Shown one piece after another: positions 1 through 10,493 of a stretch of 64,000 bases of DNA. How positions within the stretch are numbered: the first letter of the stretch is position 1; each line of letters starts with the position of its first letter. Source of the DNA: Nitrospirota bacterium (GTDB taxonomy: Bacteria; Nitrospirota; UBA9217); NCBI GenBank assembly GCA_963663225.1, contig OY760142.1, forward strand, positions 1,824,001 through 1,888,000, read 5' to 3'. Both the position numbers and the translations under genes were made by a program. The notes beneath the pieces were generated by a model. The model had not been told where the DNA came from and did not search any database. It saw only the letters and a program-made list of their open reading frames with translations.

Positions 1-239
1 AATAATATCCCCAATATATTGAATGCCAATCCTAACCGAGCCCATTTAAACCAAAAAGATATATTAGGATGATGCTTGTTTGGCCACAGAAGTAGCAAAA
101 AACCTACCCAAAAGAAAAATGTCGCTGGCACTTGCCCATCGGTAAGAAATGGTACGGTAAAACCACCGATAATAGCTATGATTCCTAATAAATTAACCAT
201 GTGATATCGCCTTTGCGTCAAATATTCTATTCGTAACAT
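1..239 (-). CDS. Hypothetical membrane protein, 3' end outside window
   Basis: Hand translation from ATG at 239 gives MLRIEYLTQRRYHMVNLLGIIAIIGGFTVPF..., open to the window edge with hydrophobic segments. Confidence 0.55.
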   Translation of the reverse strand, partial: MLRIEYLTQRRYHMVNLLGIIAIIGGFTVPFLTDGQVPATFFFWVGFLLLLWPNKHHPNISFWFKWARLGLAFNILGIL

Positions 240-346
240 TTAATATTGCAAAAAAATGCAAATACAAATAATACAGGAAGTTGTTAGTATCGCATTTTTC
301 GATCGAGCCCTATATTTTATTTCTAGTTTGAATAAAATGAATGATG

Positions 347-817
347 CTATTTTGAAAGGTCGAGCCGTTTATTACGCCTTGCTAACAATGCACCCATATA
401 TGCACTGATAATAATAATCGGCGTAAACCACGATAGAAATAAAATGCCCACAATAGTACCCGTAATAACTCCGCAAAAAACAACCATATCCTTAGCAATC
501 TTCCCAGTAATATAACCACCAAGAAAAGAACTTAAAGCACCTAGAATCGAACTTATAATTGGGAACCATGTAGAATAAAAATACCAAGAAGAACGATTTA
601 AGTTGTCAGCGTCAAAGGCTGGATCAGGGGAAAATACAAAGAATCCCCATCCCTCTTTGGATAAAATAGTAAATGAATATGGGACATGATGTTTTTCAAA
701 CATCACTAGATCTACAAATAGACTTGCAGCGACAGCTAGTACAAGTGAAACAATAATTGTTGATATTGTACCGATGATAATTGGCTTCCATTCTATGTGC
801 TTCGGTAGATTGATCAT
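347..817 (-). CDS. Hypothetical multi-pass membrane protein
   Basis: 156-aa ORF with several hydrophobic, Gly-rich segments; AT-rich. Confidence 0.65.
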   Translation of the reverse strand: MINLPKHIEWKPIIIGTISTIIVSLVLAVAASLFVDLVMFEKHHVPYSFTILSKEGWGFFVFSPDPAFDADNLNRSSWYFYSTWFPIISSILGALSSFLGGYITGKIAKDMVVFCGVITGTIVGILFLSWFTPIIIISAYMGALLARRNKRLDLSK

Positions 818-963
818 CGTAGATTTTTAACGTTTAAAACTTTATTTGTTAAACTGCTTGAAAATTGCAGTTTTTTCACTCATCGTTCGACTCACAAAAA
901 CTACATCAAAACTGCATGCTCGCACTGATCGCGAAATCTGCCGTTATCAGGAAAAAGCTTGCC

Positions 964-1263
964 CTACTTGGGTTTTTTATTAAAAGCGCCCGACATAAAA
1001 ACAGTTACCAGTATTCCGACTGTTAGCCCACCGAGAAATATTTTTGCGTTCTGTAAGAGGCGGCCTGCTTCAGAGTCAGATAACACTGTGTGAGCCATCT
1101 GCATTACTTTTAAAACAGACCACATGATGGCGCAGGAACCGGAAATTCGAATAGCCCTTCTAGACCAAACAGAAGCATATGGCATTTTTTTAACCGTTCC
1201 AATTGATAGCAACAATGCCAATCCTCCGAGTGTAACGATTATTAGTAATATATAGTCAGCCAT
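964..1263 (-). CDS. Hypothetical small membrane protein
   Basis: 99-aa ORF with three hydrophobic stretches. Confidence 0.6.
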   Translation of the reverse strand: MADYILLIIVTLGGLALLLSIGTVKKMPYASVWSRRAIRISGSCAIMWSVLKVMQMAHTVLSDSEAGRLLQNAKIFLGGLTVGILVTVFMSGAFNKKPK

Positions 1264-1418
1264 AGTTGTTTATAAATTTACGCCATCACATTTTTAATTA
1301 TTTTGGGGTGCCGATCCCAAATCTGTAACTGTAAAATACCAATAGTACTATACATCCCAGCGATCCGTGCCAGGCTGCGACCTACAGGAAGAAACGATGC
1401 AGTACGCTACTATTACCG

Positions 1419-1850
1419 TCAATCTTTTTGCGGTGCAACAATAGATCCATCCATTAATACGACGACAAATAAATAGCTTCCTGATGAGCCGTATCCTTTA
1501 ATCCTTTGAGTAAACTCAATCAAATAATACCATCTATCGTTTAATTCAGGCCAGTTGATCCTCAGAAGTTTAATCGAATTGACATCATAACTTTCAAAAT
1601 TAATGTACTGCTTATTCGCCCATGCTTTTGATAAGGATATGGCTTTATCAGTTGTAATAGGAGCCGTCGTTCTATTTTCAGGAGACCATACAGGTAATAT
1701 GGATGCTTTTTTAGTTGTGATTTTAAAAACCTCATGTGTACCATCAGCTTTTCTTACATCATAAAGGGTAACTTCTGGTTTATTTTGGGCAACAGATATG
1801 ATGGGTAGAAGAAGAACTATGATAGCCACTATGGCCCGATATATTTTCAT
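1419..1850 (-). CDS. Hypothetical secreted protein
   Basis: Signal peptide MKIYRAIVAIIVLLLPIISVA; GGGG RBS upstream. Confidence 0.7.
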   Translation of the reverse strand: MKIYRAIVAIIVLLLPIISVAQNKPEVTLYDVRKADGTHEVFKITTKKASILPVWSPENRTTAPITTDKAISLSKAWANKQYINFESYDVNSIKLLRINWPELNDRWYYLIEFTQRIKGYGSSGSYLFVVVLMDGSIVAPQKD

Positions 1851-1984
1851 TTTAATCCCCGCTTTACGAGTACACTGACATGCAAATAACAGGTTGTAAC
1901 ATAGTATACGCTCACTTTGAGCCTGGGTACGATGTATCAGGAAGTATCCTGTAGTTTTAAACTTACGATATTCTCAATAATTTA

Positions 1985-2440
1985 TCACCGCAGTTTCTCC
2001 ATAAACACGAGCTCAACTTTCGGCGACAACTGATCAGTACGGCAAATCTTATAACCAAGTCGTTTGTACAATCGGATATTGCCCTCGCTTAAAGCTCCGG
2101 TAAATAATTCAAACCGTTTGAGAAGGGGAAATGCCGTCTCAAGAGCAATCATCAGTTGGGTGCCAATGCCCCTGCGCTGAAACTCTGGGTGAACGATCAA
2201 GCGCCCGATATGACACGTATCGTCTTGAACGGCCGCCCTGACAGATCCTACAATCCTGCCGGAATGGATTGCTTTAAAGATATTTTTTTTCTCGAATTCT
2301 TTTTCCAGTTCGCCCAGTGTCTGGGTTAATGGCGGAATATTATAATCATTATATAAGGCTGCTTCGCTTTGATAGGCAAGTTACTGAAGTTCGAGTAGTG
2401 CGGCTGCATCTGTTTTGTCTGCTCTGAAAATTTCAGTCAT
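1985..2440 (-). pseudogene. GNAT acetyltransferase with an in-frame TAA at codon 20
   Basis: ATG at 2440 reads MTEIFRADKTDAAALLELQ*LAYQSEAALYND...IGRLIVHPEFQRRGIG; TAA at 2383-2381; same frame continues to the GNAT motif A (VHPEFQRRGIG). Confidence 0.8.
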
Positions 2441-2775
2441 AATTCCGCCGCTTCCGGATTCGTGGATATTTGATCACCGGCAACCAATGGAAGCTAAAAT
2501 TTAATAAACGAATATACCATAAAATAAACGCCACAGACAGCATTTTATCTACCTGTCCTCTGCATTGTCGGCAAATGGCGCACAGAATCAGAGTATTGTA
2601 AAGCGAATCTCTCGAGGAAATAACGAAGAAAATTTGGATTTGCTATAAAAAATCGCTTCACATTTCCTCTTTTTTATTGTACTCTTACGATATACATTCA
2701 TTGCCGTTTGAACCTGAATAAAGAACCCGGTTTCACTAAAAACACACCAAGACCAATAACCAGGGAGCTTTTTTT

Positions 2776-5007
2776 ATGGAAAGCAAAACGCCCGGCCCCT
2801 CCAAAGGATACCAGAAGCAGATTAAAAAGGACGATCAACCGAAGCCAAAACCCAAAAGCAGCTACAATCCGGATTATTCCTCACCGACCGCGAAGAAATG
2901 GCCCCAATTCATAGAGGCCCTGCAGACAGGAAACGCGGAAACCGTCAAACAGCTGATCGAAGAAGGCATCAATGTAAATATTCTGCGCGAAGGCGCCACA
3001 CCGTTGATGGTTGCCGCTTACAAAGGGCAAACGGAAATTGCGGAAATCATTCTGCAGGCGGGCGCGAATATCAACGAAAAGAATGAAGACGGTTGGACCG
3101 CGCTGCACAAGGCGGCATACGAGCAGGACAAAACAGAAATCATTGATCTGCTGATGCAGTCAGGTGCTGACGTCGAAGCAAAGAACAGGTTCGGAAAGAC
3201 GGCGCTGCAGCTGGCAGAAGAAAAAAGCCATCGTGATATTGTACGGGTCATCAAAAGCCATTTGACGCAGCAGAGCCAGGACGTGCAGGAATGGGAAGAT
3301 TTTCTGAACACGCCCGACGGCAAACCGTACAAGCAGACACGACGCTACGAATCGCTGGCGCCCTTGTTTAAATTCTGGTGGCTGCCTTTACCTGTGCTTG
3401 GCGCTATCGGACTTCTGATCGGTTTTTTGTCCGGCCTCGCTCTTCTGCTGTGCATTATCGGCATTGTGTCCGGAGCCTTTGCCGGACTTGGTATCTTTTT
3501 GTGGGAGCGCAATCTGCGGACATATTTGGACGGATTGGGGCCCCTGCCGCATCTGGATATCCACATATTGCGCCAGAAAAGAAAGGCGGGAGAATCCTTG
3601 GCAGCGGCGGCTCAACAGAAGTCAGGACCCGTTGATGCTGCAACCGACGACCAGTCCGCGGAGAAGTCCGGAGAGACAGGCACCTTTCAAGCTGTTCTCG
3701 ACCAGGCGTCTGCCGAGGGACGGTCAGACGATCTGGGCCTTATACAGACCCGGAAGACAATCGGAAGACGAAAACTAGAAATCGGCATGTACGCCGCGAT
3801 AGCGGTACTTGCAATTCTTGCGATTACGGCTCTTGTTTACAGAAATTCAATTGTTCAGTGGTACTCCGCAAAGAAGCTGGAACGAAGCGGGATTCAGCTT
3901 TCCGAGCGGGCGTTCCTGGCAGAAGTATCAAAGAACAATGAAGAAGCAGTGAGCCTGTTCATCAACGCAGGAATCAACCTGGCCGCGAAGGATGAGCAGG
4001 GCAGAACCGCTCTGATGATCGCCGCAGAAAAAGAGAACGCAGCGATACTCAAGAGACTGGTCAAGCGCGACCCTGCGTTGCTGAACCATTATGATTCGAA
4101 CGGGAACACGGCCCTGATGAACGCCGCGCGCCAAGGACGCATAACTGCTGTGTCGCTGCTGCTCGAAAACGGCGCAGATGTCAATTACCTCGTGCCTTCG
4201 GCAGAAGGCGCGGCCACGGCACTGCAGGCGGTTTTGAGCGCCCCGGATTTCAAAGACGAGCACATGAATGTTCTCCAGAAACTTCTGCAGCAGGGCGCCC
4301 AGGTGAAAGCCCGAAACAAGGCGGGTCAGTTTCCGCTGCTGTTCGCAGCCGAACACGGCTATACGAAAGCGGCGGTATCGCTCCTGGAGCAGGGGGCTGA
4401 TATCAACGACATGACTCCGACCGGCCAGTTTCCGTTGATGGTGGCCGCCTGTAAGGGATACTTTGAATTTATCGCGACCCTTGCGTCAAAAGGCGCGAAC
4501 ATGATGACGACCCAGCCTGACGGAAAAACACCGCTTATGTGCGCCGCTCAGGAGGGCCACATAAGTACGATCAGGGTCCTCCTTGAGAACGGTTCGAATA
4601 TCAATGCAAAAACAGCAAGCGGCGCGACCGCACTGACGGAGGCCACCAGAGCGGGGCGTGTCGAGGCCATACCGGTTCTTCTCGAACAGGGGGCAGACCC
4701 CGATGGGTCATATATCCCGGATTCATTTCTGGCCTTGCAGGGGAAAAAAGTTGCGATCAGTGCAAAAAATGACAAAGCCGGCGACATTGTAAAGCGGATC
4801 GGTAAACAGGCCGCTCTGGACGGGTATACGGTTAACGACAGGACAAGCAAGGAACAAAAAATTACGGCCTCGTTGAAAGGTTCATGGAACAGGATGCTGA
4901 TGGAACTGTCAAAGAAAAATCCTGTTGTGCTTGCAGTGAAAGACAAGGAAGTGTTTGTCTGGTCCTATAATCCGGCGGCTGTAAAGCGCGACGCAGGAAC
5001 GCCGTGA
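2776..5007 (+). CDS. Ankyrin-repeat membrane protein
   Basis: Many GxTPL/TAL..AA..G ankyrin repeats on both sides of about three hydrophobic helices. Confidence 0.9.
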   Translation: MESKTPGPSKGYQKQIKKDDQPKPKPKSSYNPDYSSPTAKKWPQFIEALQTGNAETVKQLIEEGINVNILREGATPLMVAAYKGQTEIAEIILQAGANINEKNEDGWTALHKAAYEQDKTEIIDLLMQSGADVEAKNRFGKTALQLAEEKSHRDIVRVIKSHLTQQSQDVQEWEDFLNTPDGKPYKQTRRYESLAPLFKFWWLPLPVLGAIGLLIGFLSGLALLLCIIGIVSGAFAGLGIFLWERNLRTYLDGLGPLPHLDIHILRQKRKAGESLAAAAQQKSGPVDAATDDQSAEKSGETGTFQAVLDQASAEGRSDDLGLIQTRKTIGRRKLEIGMYAAIAVLAILAITALVYRNSIVQWYSAKKLERSGIQLSERAFLAEVSKNNEEAVSLFINAGINLAAKDEQGRTALMIAAEKENAAILKRLVKRDPALLNHYDSNGNTALMNAARQGRITAVSLLLENGADVNYLVPSAEGAATALQAVLSAPDFKDEHMNVLQKLLQQGAQVKARNKAGQFPLLFAAEHGYTKAAVSLLEQGADINDMTPTGQFPLMVAACKGYFEFIATLASKGANMMTTQPDGKTPLMCAAQEGHISTIRVLLENGSNINAKTASGATALTEATRAGRVEAIPVLLEQGADPDGSYIPDSFLALQGKKVAISAKNDKAGDIVKRIGKQAALDGYTVNDRTSKEQKITASLKGSWNRMLMELSKKNPVVLAVKDKEVFVWSYNPAAVKRDAGTP

Positions 5008-5065
5008 TAAAATCGTCCGGGCTTCAAGAGCGTGGCAAAGGAACATGCTGCGGCCTGATTTGACG

Positions 5066-5094
5066 TTGACAACTGCGGTGTTGTATGATATGGT
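5066..5094 (+). promoter_or_regulatory. Sigma70-type promoter for pal-cpoB
   Basis: TTGACA-17 nt-TATGGT. Confidence 0.5.
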
Positions 5095-5195
5095 AGGTAA
5101 CAAAAAATAGTTGTACCTTTTGGTCCGCATCTTCCCATTCTATATTGTGATTCATATAAAACGAGCATTGCTCGTACTATCTAAGGAGGGTCATT

Positions 5196-5744
5196 ATGAG
5201 GAACAGAAGTATATTATTTTTGGGAATCATCGCGGTGCTTTGTCTATTCGTGCTCTGGGGGTGCCCGAAGAAGTCCGAAGTGACATCAGGGGATGCTCAG
5301 CAGGAGACCGCGGCAGCCGCCGGTGATAAAGCGGGTGCCGAAAAAGCGGGAGCTGCAAATGGAGTGAAAGCTGGAGCAACCGCAAAAGAGCGCGCAGCAG
5401 CAGCATCTGCAGGCTTACAGCCGATCTATTTTGATTTTGACAAATCGATTGTCCGCAATGATGAAAAAGCCGTTATGAAAGCGAACGCAGAATGGCTCAA
5501 GGCAAATCCGAAGGTCAATGTCAGAATCGAAGGAAACTGCGACGATCGCGGGACCAAGGAATACAACCAGGCTCTCGGCCAGCGCCGCGCTGCAAGCGCC
5601 AAGAAGTATCTCACGGATCTCGGCATTTCAGGAAAGCGGATTTCCCTGATCAGCTACGGCAAGGAAAAACCGGTCTGCACTGCGGCCACGGAAGAATGCT
5701 GGCAGAAGAACCGCAGAGGCGATCTTGTTTCCGTGACGAAATAG
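5196..5744 (+). CDS. pal: Peptidoglycan-associated lipoprotein Pal
   Basis: Lipobox LWGC; OmpA_C motifs IYFDFDKS, IEGNCDDRGTKEYNQALGQRRA, SYGKEKP. Confidence 0.93.
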   Translation: MRNRSILFLGIIAVLCLFVLWGCPKKSEVTSGDAQQETAAAAGDKAGAEKAGAANGVKAGATAKERAAAASAGLQPIYFDFDKSIVRNDEKAVMKANAEWLKANPKVNVRIEGNCDDRGTKEYNQALGQRRAASAKKYLTDLGISGKRISLISYGKEKPVCTAATEECWQKNRRGDLVSVTK

Positions 5745-5859
5745 ACCGCATACACACGATCTGAATTGTGGAACAACGGGGAACCTGGGAAGAGTTGAGG
5801 TTCCCCGCGCTTCCTTCCCGAGGGCGTGCTGTCGTGTACCGCCCGGTGAAATAAATACT

Positions 5860-6678
5860 ATGATGAATAGAATTTTAACAATAGCAATCTGTTCCCTGAT
5901 GCTGCTGTTTACAATGATGGCCTGTGCGCCGCAATCGGAACTTGTACGGACCAGGTCTGAAGTGGCCGACATCCGCGATGATCTGTCCGCGGCAAAATCG
6001 AAGCTGCAGGATGTCCAGAACCGCCTTGATATGCTCGATGCAAACATCAAGGGGACGGTTGATCTGCAGAAGACAATTGCTGACTATGGGACCAAGTCAG
6101 ACCAGCTTACTACGGACATGCAGCTTCTTCAGGGGAAACTGGAGGAAAATAATTTCCGCATTGCCGAACTTGCACAGAAACTTGACGATAAAAGCTTTAA
6201 ACTCGCAGAACTTTCTGCAAAAGTTGAAGAACTTGAAGCAAAATTAAAGCAATCAAACGGTGGAACGCCCGCAGCTTCAGGAAAGCAGGCGTCGAAAACG
6301 CTGGAGCCGTCCGATGCCTATCGCCAGGCGAAGAGTGATTTCGACAAGAAAAATTACGACCTCGCCCTTGCCGGGTTTCAGAATTATGTTGCACACTTTC
6401 CCGACACAAGCCAGGCTGACAAGGCGCAGTACTGGATTGGCGAATGTTATTATGCCAAAAAGGACTTCACCAAGGCTATTGATGCATTTGACAAAGTCAT
6501 AAAAACTTATCCCAAAAGCGATAAAGTGCCCGGGGCGAAGCTGAAAATCGGTTTCTCCTATCTGAACGAAAGAAACAACGCGAAAGCACGGGAATATTTG
6601 TACAAAGTCATAAAAGAGCATCCCGCGACCGATGAGGCAAAACTGGCGAAGGATAAGTTGAAAAAAATAACCAACTAG
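5860..6678 (+). CDS. cpoB: Tol-Pal system protein CpoB (YbgF)
   Basis: Lipoprotein signal, coiled coil, C-terminal TPRs (AQYWIGECYY, YPKSDKVPGAKLKIG); directly after pal. Confidence 0.88.
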   Translation: MMNRILTIAICSLMLLFTMMACAPQSELVRTRSEVADIRDDLSAAKSKLQDVQNRLDMLDANIKGTVDLQKTIADYGTKSDQLTTDMQLLQGKLEENNFRIAELAQKLDDKSFKLAELSAKVEELEAKLKQSNGGTPAASGKQASKTLEPSDAYRQAKSDFDKKNYDLALAGFQNYVAHFPDTSQADKAQYWIGECYYAKKDFTKAIDAFDKVIKTYPKSDKVPGAKLKIGFSYLNERNNAKAREYLYKVIKEHPATDEAKLAKDKLKKITN

Positions 6679-6903
6679 GCCGTATTGTCAGTATATTCCC
6701 CCCTTCCCAAAGGTCTTTCCACAATTTCCTTCTGTGGCATTCAGCGCATATGGGTAGCAATGCAAAAGATGTAATCGTACAGCCGTGCCGATTGGTGCCG
6801 CCTATCCGGCTAAAAATACGGCATGGCATGTACACATGCTCTTTCGATCAAAGGACCGGACAGCGGCGACACAGCAGCTTGATGCCTAGTAAGAGGAACA
6901 AGA

Positions 6904-7569
6904 ATGTTTTTTGAAAAGATATTTATCAGACTCATCTGGCTGATTGTTTTGCTCTGGAGCAAGACAATCAGGTTCCGTATGGTGAACAAGGAAATCCAGG
7001 ACCGGCTGATTGCACAGGGACAAAACTGCATTTATGCCTTCTGGCACGGGAGTCTGCTTATGCTGCTTAAATCCCACCATGATTCAGGCCTTCTGATTCC
7101 GGTGAGCGAGAGCAGGGACGGAGAGTTTATAACGCGGGTGATCACCACATTCGGGTTCGAAGTCGCGCGGGGATCAAGCAAACGAAAAGGGCACAGGGCG
7201 CTTTACTCTCTGGTCACCAGAATGCGCAAAGGGAAAAATGTCGGAATAACCGTGGATGGACCGCGTGGCCCCCTTCACAAGGTAAAAAAAGGGGCGCTTT
7301 TCCTTGCTGCTGTTTCCAAAGCCCCCATCGTCCCTGTCGCGACCGCGGTAAAACACGCATGGATTTCCAAAAGAAGCTGGGACAGACTGATCGTTCCGTT
7401 TCCCTTCACCGAAGGTCTGATTATGCTCGGCGAGCCGATCTATGTGCAGGACACATCGGAAGAGGCCATAGAAGCCGGGCAGAAAACGCTCGAGGCGGAT
7501 CTGATAAAACTGACGCAGGCAGCGCAGGCCCATATCTCAGGCAACGGCCGCAATAGAACGCAAGAATAA
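6904..7569 (+). CDS. DUF374 / lysophospholipid acyltransferase family protein
   Basis: FWHG, SESRDGE, RGSS, ITVDGPRGP and SWDR motifs. Confidence 0.82.
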   Translation: MFFEKIFIRLIWLIVLLWSKTIRFRMVNKEIQDRLIAQGQNCIYAFWHGSLLMLLKSHHDSGLLIPVSESRDGEFITRVITTFGFEVARGSSKRKGHRALYSLVTRMRKGKNVGITVDGPRGPLHKVKKGALFLAAVSKAPIVPVATAVKHAWISKRSWDRLIVPFPFTEGLIMLGEPIYVQDTSEEAIEAGQKTLEADLIKLTQAAQAHISGNGRNRTQE

Positions 7570-7653
7570 CAGCGGCGCACCAAAGGCGGCGCTGGAACGT
7601 TTCCACACGACGGACATCATTTATTCCAATTCCGGAATATATTTTCAAATCTT

Positions 7654-8346
7654 ATGAAAAAAGCAAAAATCCTTGTCGTTGAAGATGAAAGAAATATTTC
7701 GGATATTGTAAAAGCATATCTTGAGCGGGAGGGATTTGAAGTGGTTGTTGCGGCCACCGGAAAAGCAGCGCTCAAGGAGGCCGGAAAAAATGTTGATCTC
7801 ATCGTCCTGGATCTTAAACTCCCCGACATTGACGGTGAGATCGTCTGCAAATCAATCAGGGAGTTTCTTGACGTCCCGGTGATCATGCTTACCGCAAAAA
7901 GCGCCGAGGATGACCGGGTCAGGGGGCTGGGCCTGGGTGCGGACGATTATGTGGTAAAACCGTTCAGCGCACGGGAACTGGTCGCGCGGGTAAAAGCTCA
8001 TGTACGACGCGCGCGGATCGGAGAAAAAAAGGAGCTTTCCTTTGAAGGAAGGGCCCTTGTTATCAACACCCAGGCACATGCCGTCCAAAAAAATGGTAAA
8101 GATGTCGATCTGACGAACACCGAGTTCAGGATTCTCCTGAGCCTTGCGGAGAAGCCGGATGTCGCGTTTTCCCGCCTGCAGCTGATTACGAACGCGCAGG
8201 GATATGATTTTGAAGGCTTTGATCGGGTCGTGGATGCGCATATCAAGAACATCAGGCACAAGATTGAAGACGACCCCGCCTCACCATCCTTTATCAAGAC
8301 CATGTACGGCGTAGGATACAAATTCATAGGCAGGCCTGACAAATGA
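7654..8346 (+). CDS. OmpR-family response regulator
   Basis: REC domain (VVEDE, LDLKLP, MLTAK, KPFS) plus winged helix (RVVDAHIKNIRHK, GVGYKF). Confidence 0.95.
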   Translation: MKKAKILVVEDERNISDIVKAYLEREGFEVVVAATGKAALKEAGKNVDLIVLDLKLPDIDGEIVCKSIREFLDVPVIMLTAKSAEDDRVRGLGLGADDYVVKPFSARELVARVKAHVRRARIGEKKELSFEGRALVINTQAHAVQKNGKDVDLTNTEFRILLSLAEKPDVAFSRLQLITNAQGYDFEGFDRVVDAHIKNIRHKIEDDPASPSFIKTMYGVGYKFIGRPDK

Positions 8347-9704
8347 GAACGAAACTCTTTCTTGCATTCATAATTCTGATATTGATTATCCTGCTTTCCT
8401 CCCTGGTCTTTGCAGTCGCAATTCTGAAGGATTTTGATACGTATACCGAAAAAGTTAAACGGGATCATGTGTATTGGATCATTGCTTCCATTGAGGACGC
8501 ATACCGGGGTAACGGCGGCTGGGACCCCAGGATACTTTCCGAGTCCATCCACTGGGCTATGATGATGGGGCTCGATATAAAAATAACCGACAGAGCAGGA
8601 AATGAAGTCGTCCCTGCACACCATGTCATGGATTCGTTGACTCCGAACATGCAGCGGCGCATGGAAGAGCTTTTCCATGTCCACACGGAGGCTAATCTTC
8701 CGTATGAAGCATTTCCCCTCACCTCCCATGGTGAAAAAGTCGGCTCGCTCCACGCCCGTGCTTTCCAGAAAAAAGAGCTGGCCGAGCAGGAGTCCGTTTT
8801 CAGGGTGCGGGTCAAAAACTTTCTTTATTTTTACCTCGTTATTGCCGGGACCGGATCGGTTGCCGCCGGTTTTTTGCTCAGTCAATATCTTTCCAAACCA
8901 GTCTTATCTCTGAAAAAAGCGTCGGAAAAAATAACTGCGGGAGATTTTTCTGCGCGGGTCCCGACTGTGTCTTTTGATGAAATCGGTGATCTTGCAGCAA
9001 CGTTCAATACAATGGCTGAGTCGCTCCAAAAAGAGGCGCTTCTCAGGAAACATCTTACCTCGAACATTGCGCATGAGCTGAGGACGCCGCTAACTATCAT
9101 GAAAACCCAGGTTGAGGGAATGTCCGACGGTGTTTTGCGCGACCCGCACCGAGGGTTAGAAAATATACAGCGGGAAATAGAAAAGCTTATTGCACTCGTC
9201 AAAGGCATAGAAGACATGACCGCGGCAGAATCCAGTTTTTTCTCGAAGGGGACAGTAGAACGGGTCAATTTCAAGGAACTTATTGCCGGCCTGGTTCAGG
9301 ACCTGTCAGCCGCCTTGCAAAGCCGCGGATTGTATGTCCGGATTCTGAACGACGAGGATATTATGGTAACAATGGATATCGGCAAACTCGAGATGGTTCT
9401 CCGGAATATTCTTGCCAACGCGGCAAAGTTTACCGAAATCGGCGGTGTGACTATAACGTACGGAAAGGACGACCGCAATATGCTGCACATAGAAATTGCC
9501 GATACAGGACGAGGCATTGCGGAAAGCGAGCTGCCGTTTATTTTCAATCGATTTTACAAGGCTGAAAATTCCGTTCCTGACGGCGTGGGTCTTGGCCTCG
9601 CAATAGCCAAAGAGCTCATCAGCATTATGGCCGGTGAAATATCGGTGCAAAGCGACAGGGGAAAAGGCTCTTGCTTTAAAATAGTGCTGCCCATTGCGGA
9701 ATAG
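8343..9704 (+). CDS. HAMP sensor histidine kinase, probably metal sensing
   Basis: Two TMs, HAMP, AHELRTP H-box, N/G1/F/G2 boxes; His/Met-rich periplasmic loop; ATGA overlap with the regulator. Confidence 0.93.
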   Translation: MRTKLFLAFIILILIILLSSLVFAVAILKDFDTYTEKVKRDHVYWIIASIEDAYRGNGGWDPRILSESIHWAMMMGLDIKITDRAGNEVVPAHHVMDSLTPNMQRRMEELFHVHTEANLPYEAFPLTSHGEKVGSLHARAFQKKELAEQESVFRVRVKNFLYFYLVIAGTGSVAAGFLLSQYLSKPVLSLKKASEKITAGDFSARVPTVSFDEIGDLAATFNTMAESLQKEALLRKHLTSNIAHELRTPLTIMKTQVEGMSDGVLRDPHRGLENIQREIEKLIALVKGIEDMTAAESSFFSKGTVERVNFKELIAGLVQDLSAALQSRGLYVRILNDEDIMVTMDIGKLEMVLRNILANAAKFTEIGGVTITYGKDDRNMLHIEIADTGRGIAESELPFIFNRFYKAENSVPDGVGLGLAIAKELISIMAGEISVQSDRGKGSCFKIVLPIAE

Positions 9705-9871
9705 AACCGGAGCTGTAATAGCAAAAAAACCGCTGTTTTCTGCTTGACGCAATACATCAGTTCATACCTCATCCACCGGGCAGTGCCCTTCACAAATACT
9801 CCGATATAATGTGCATTTTTCGTTGTTGCTGAATCTATCCCTGTGGCAGGGAAATCCTCCAATTTTTATTA

Positions 9872-9906
9872 TTCTTCATAATTTCTTCACCATGGTGTGG
9901 CATACT
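9872..9906 (+). promoter_or_regulatory. OmpR-type tandem operator and -10 element for the metal efflux operon
   Basis: TTCTTCA at 9872 and 9883 (11-bp period), followed by CATACT at 9901. Confidence 0.55.
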
Positions 9907-9957
9907 TTCATCAATAAACATCGCAAGTATCTCAAATATTTCTGAGGAGGCGGGAGT

Positions 9958-10347
9958 ATGAAAAAAACACTGACAATAGTACTAGCATTGTTTCTTATGG
10001 CAGGCGCAGCGTCAGCCGGAGGTTATGAGGTCTCAAAGAAGGCGGGTGAATATAATGTTGCTGTTGTCCTTGACCGGAACCCGCCGGTCGCAGGAAACAA
10101 CGAAATCAACCTTGTTATTAAGGATGCAGCAGGCAACGTTGTCCGGGACGCACAGGTGAAAATTGAATATTCCATGCCGGCCATGCCCGGTATGCCGCCC
10201 ATGCGCCATAAAACCAGCGCGACCCTGCAGGGGGATTCCTACAAGGCTGTCATGACATTCTGCATGGGCGGAGCATGGACAATCGAGATCAAAATCGCCC
10301 GGGCCGGCAAAACGTCTCAGATGAAGTTCATGGTGGACGCTTCGTAA
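9958..10347 (+). CDS. YtkA/FixH-like secreted Met-rich protein, copy 1
   Basis: Signal peptide; PPVAGNN, YSMPAMPGMPPM and MGGAW motifs. Confidence 0.82.
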   Translation: MKKTLTIVLALFLMAGAASAGGYEVSKKAGEYNVAVVLDRNPPVAGNNEINLVIKDAAGNVVRDAQVKIEYSMPAMPGMPPMRHKTSATLQGDSYKAVMTFCMGGAWTIEIKIARAGKTSQMKFMVDAS

Positions 10348-10493
10348 GAGGGTTTGCAGGGTGTCCCGTTACTGAAAGGGATTTAAAATCGCATCATTCA
10401 CTAACTCTTCAAAATTGTGTGATATCCTTAGTCTTAAGAAACACAAAAACGGCATATGACATGCCCGGTTAATCTTATCGGAAGGAGAAGAAT

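Noticed and set aside
240-1984. attC sites in the spacers
   Set aside because: No convincing RYYYAAC...GTTRRRY pairs with complementary arms
2381-2383. In-frame stop in the GNAT gene as possible recoding
   Set aside because: It is TAA, not TGA or TAG, and not at a Cys position; a simple nonsense change is more likely
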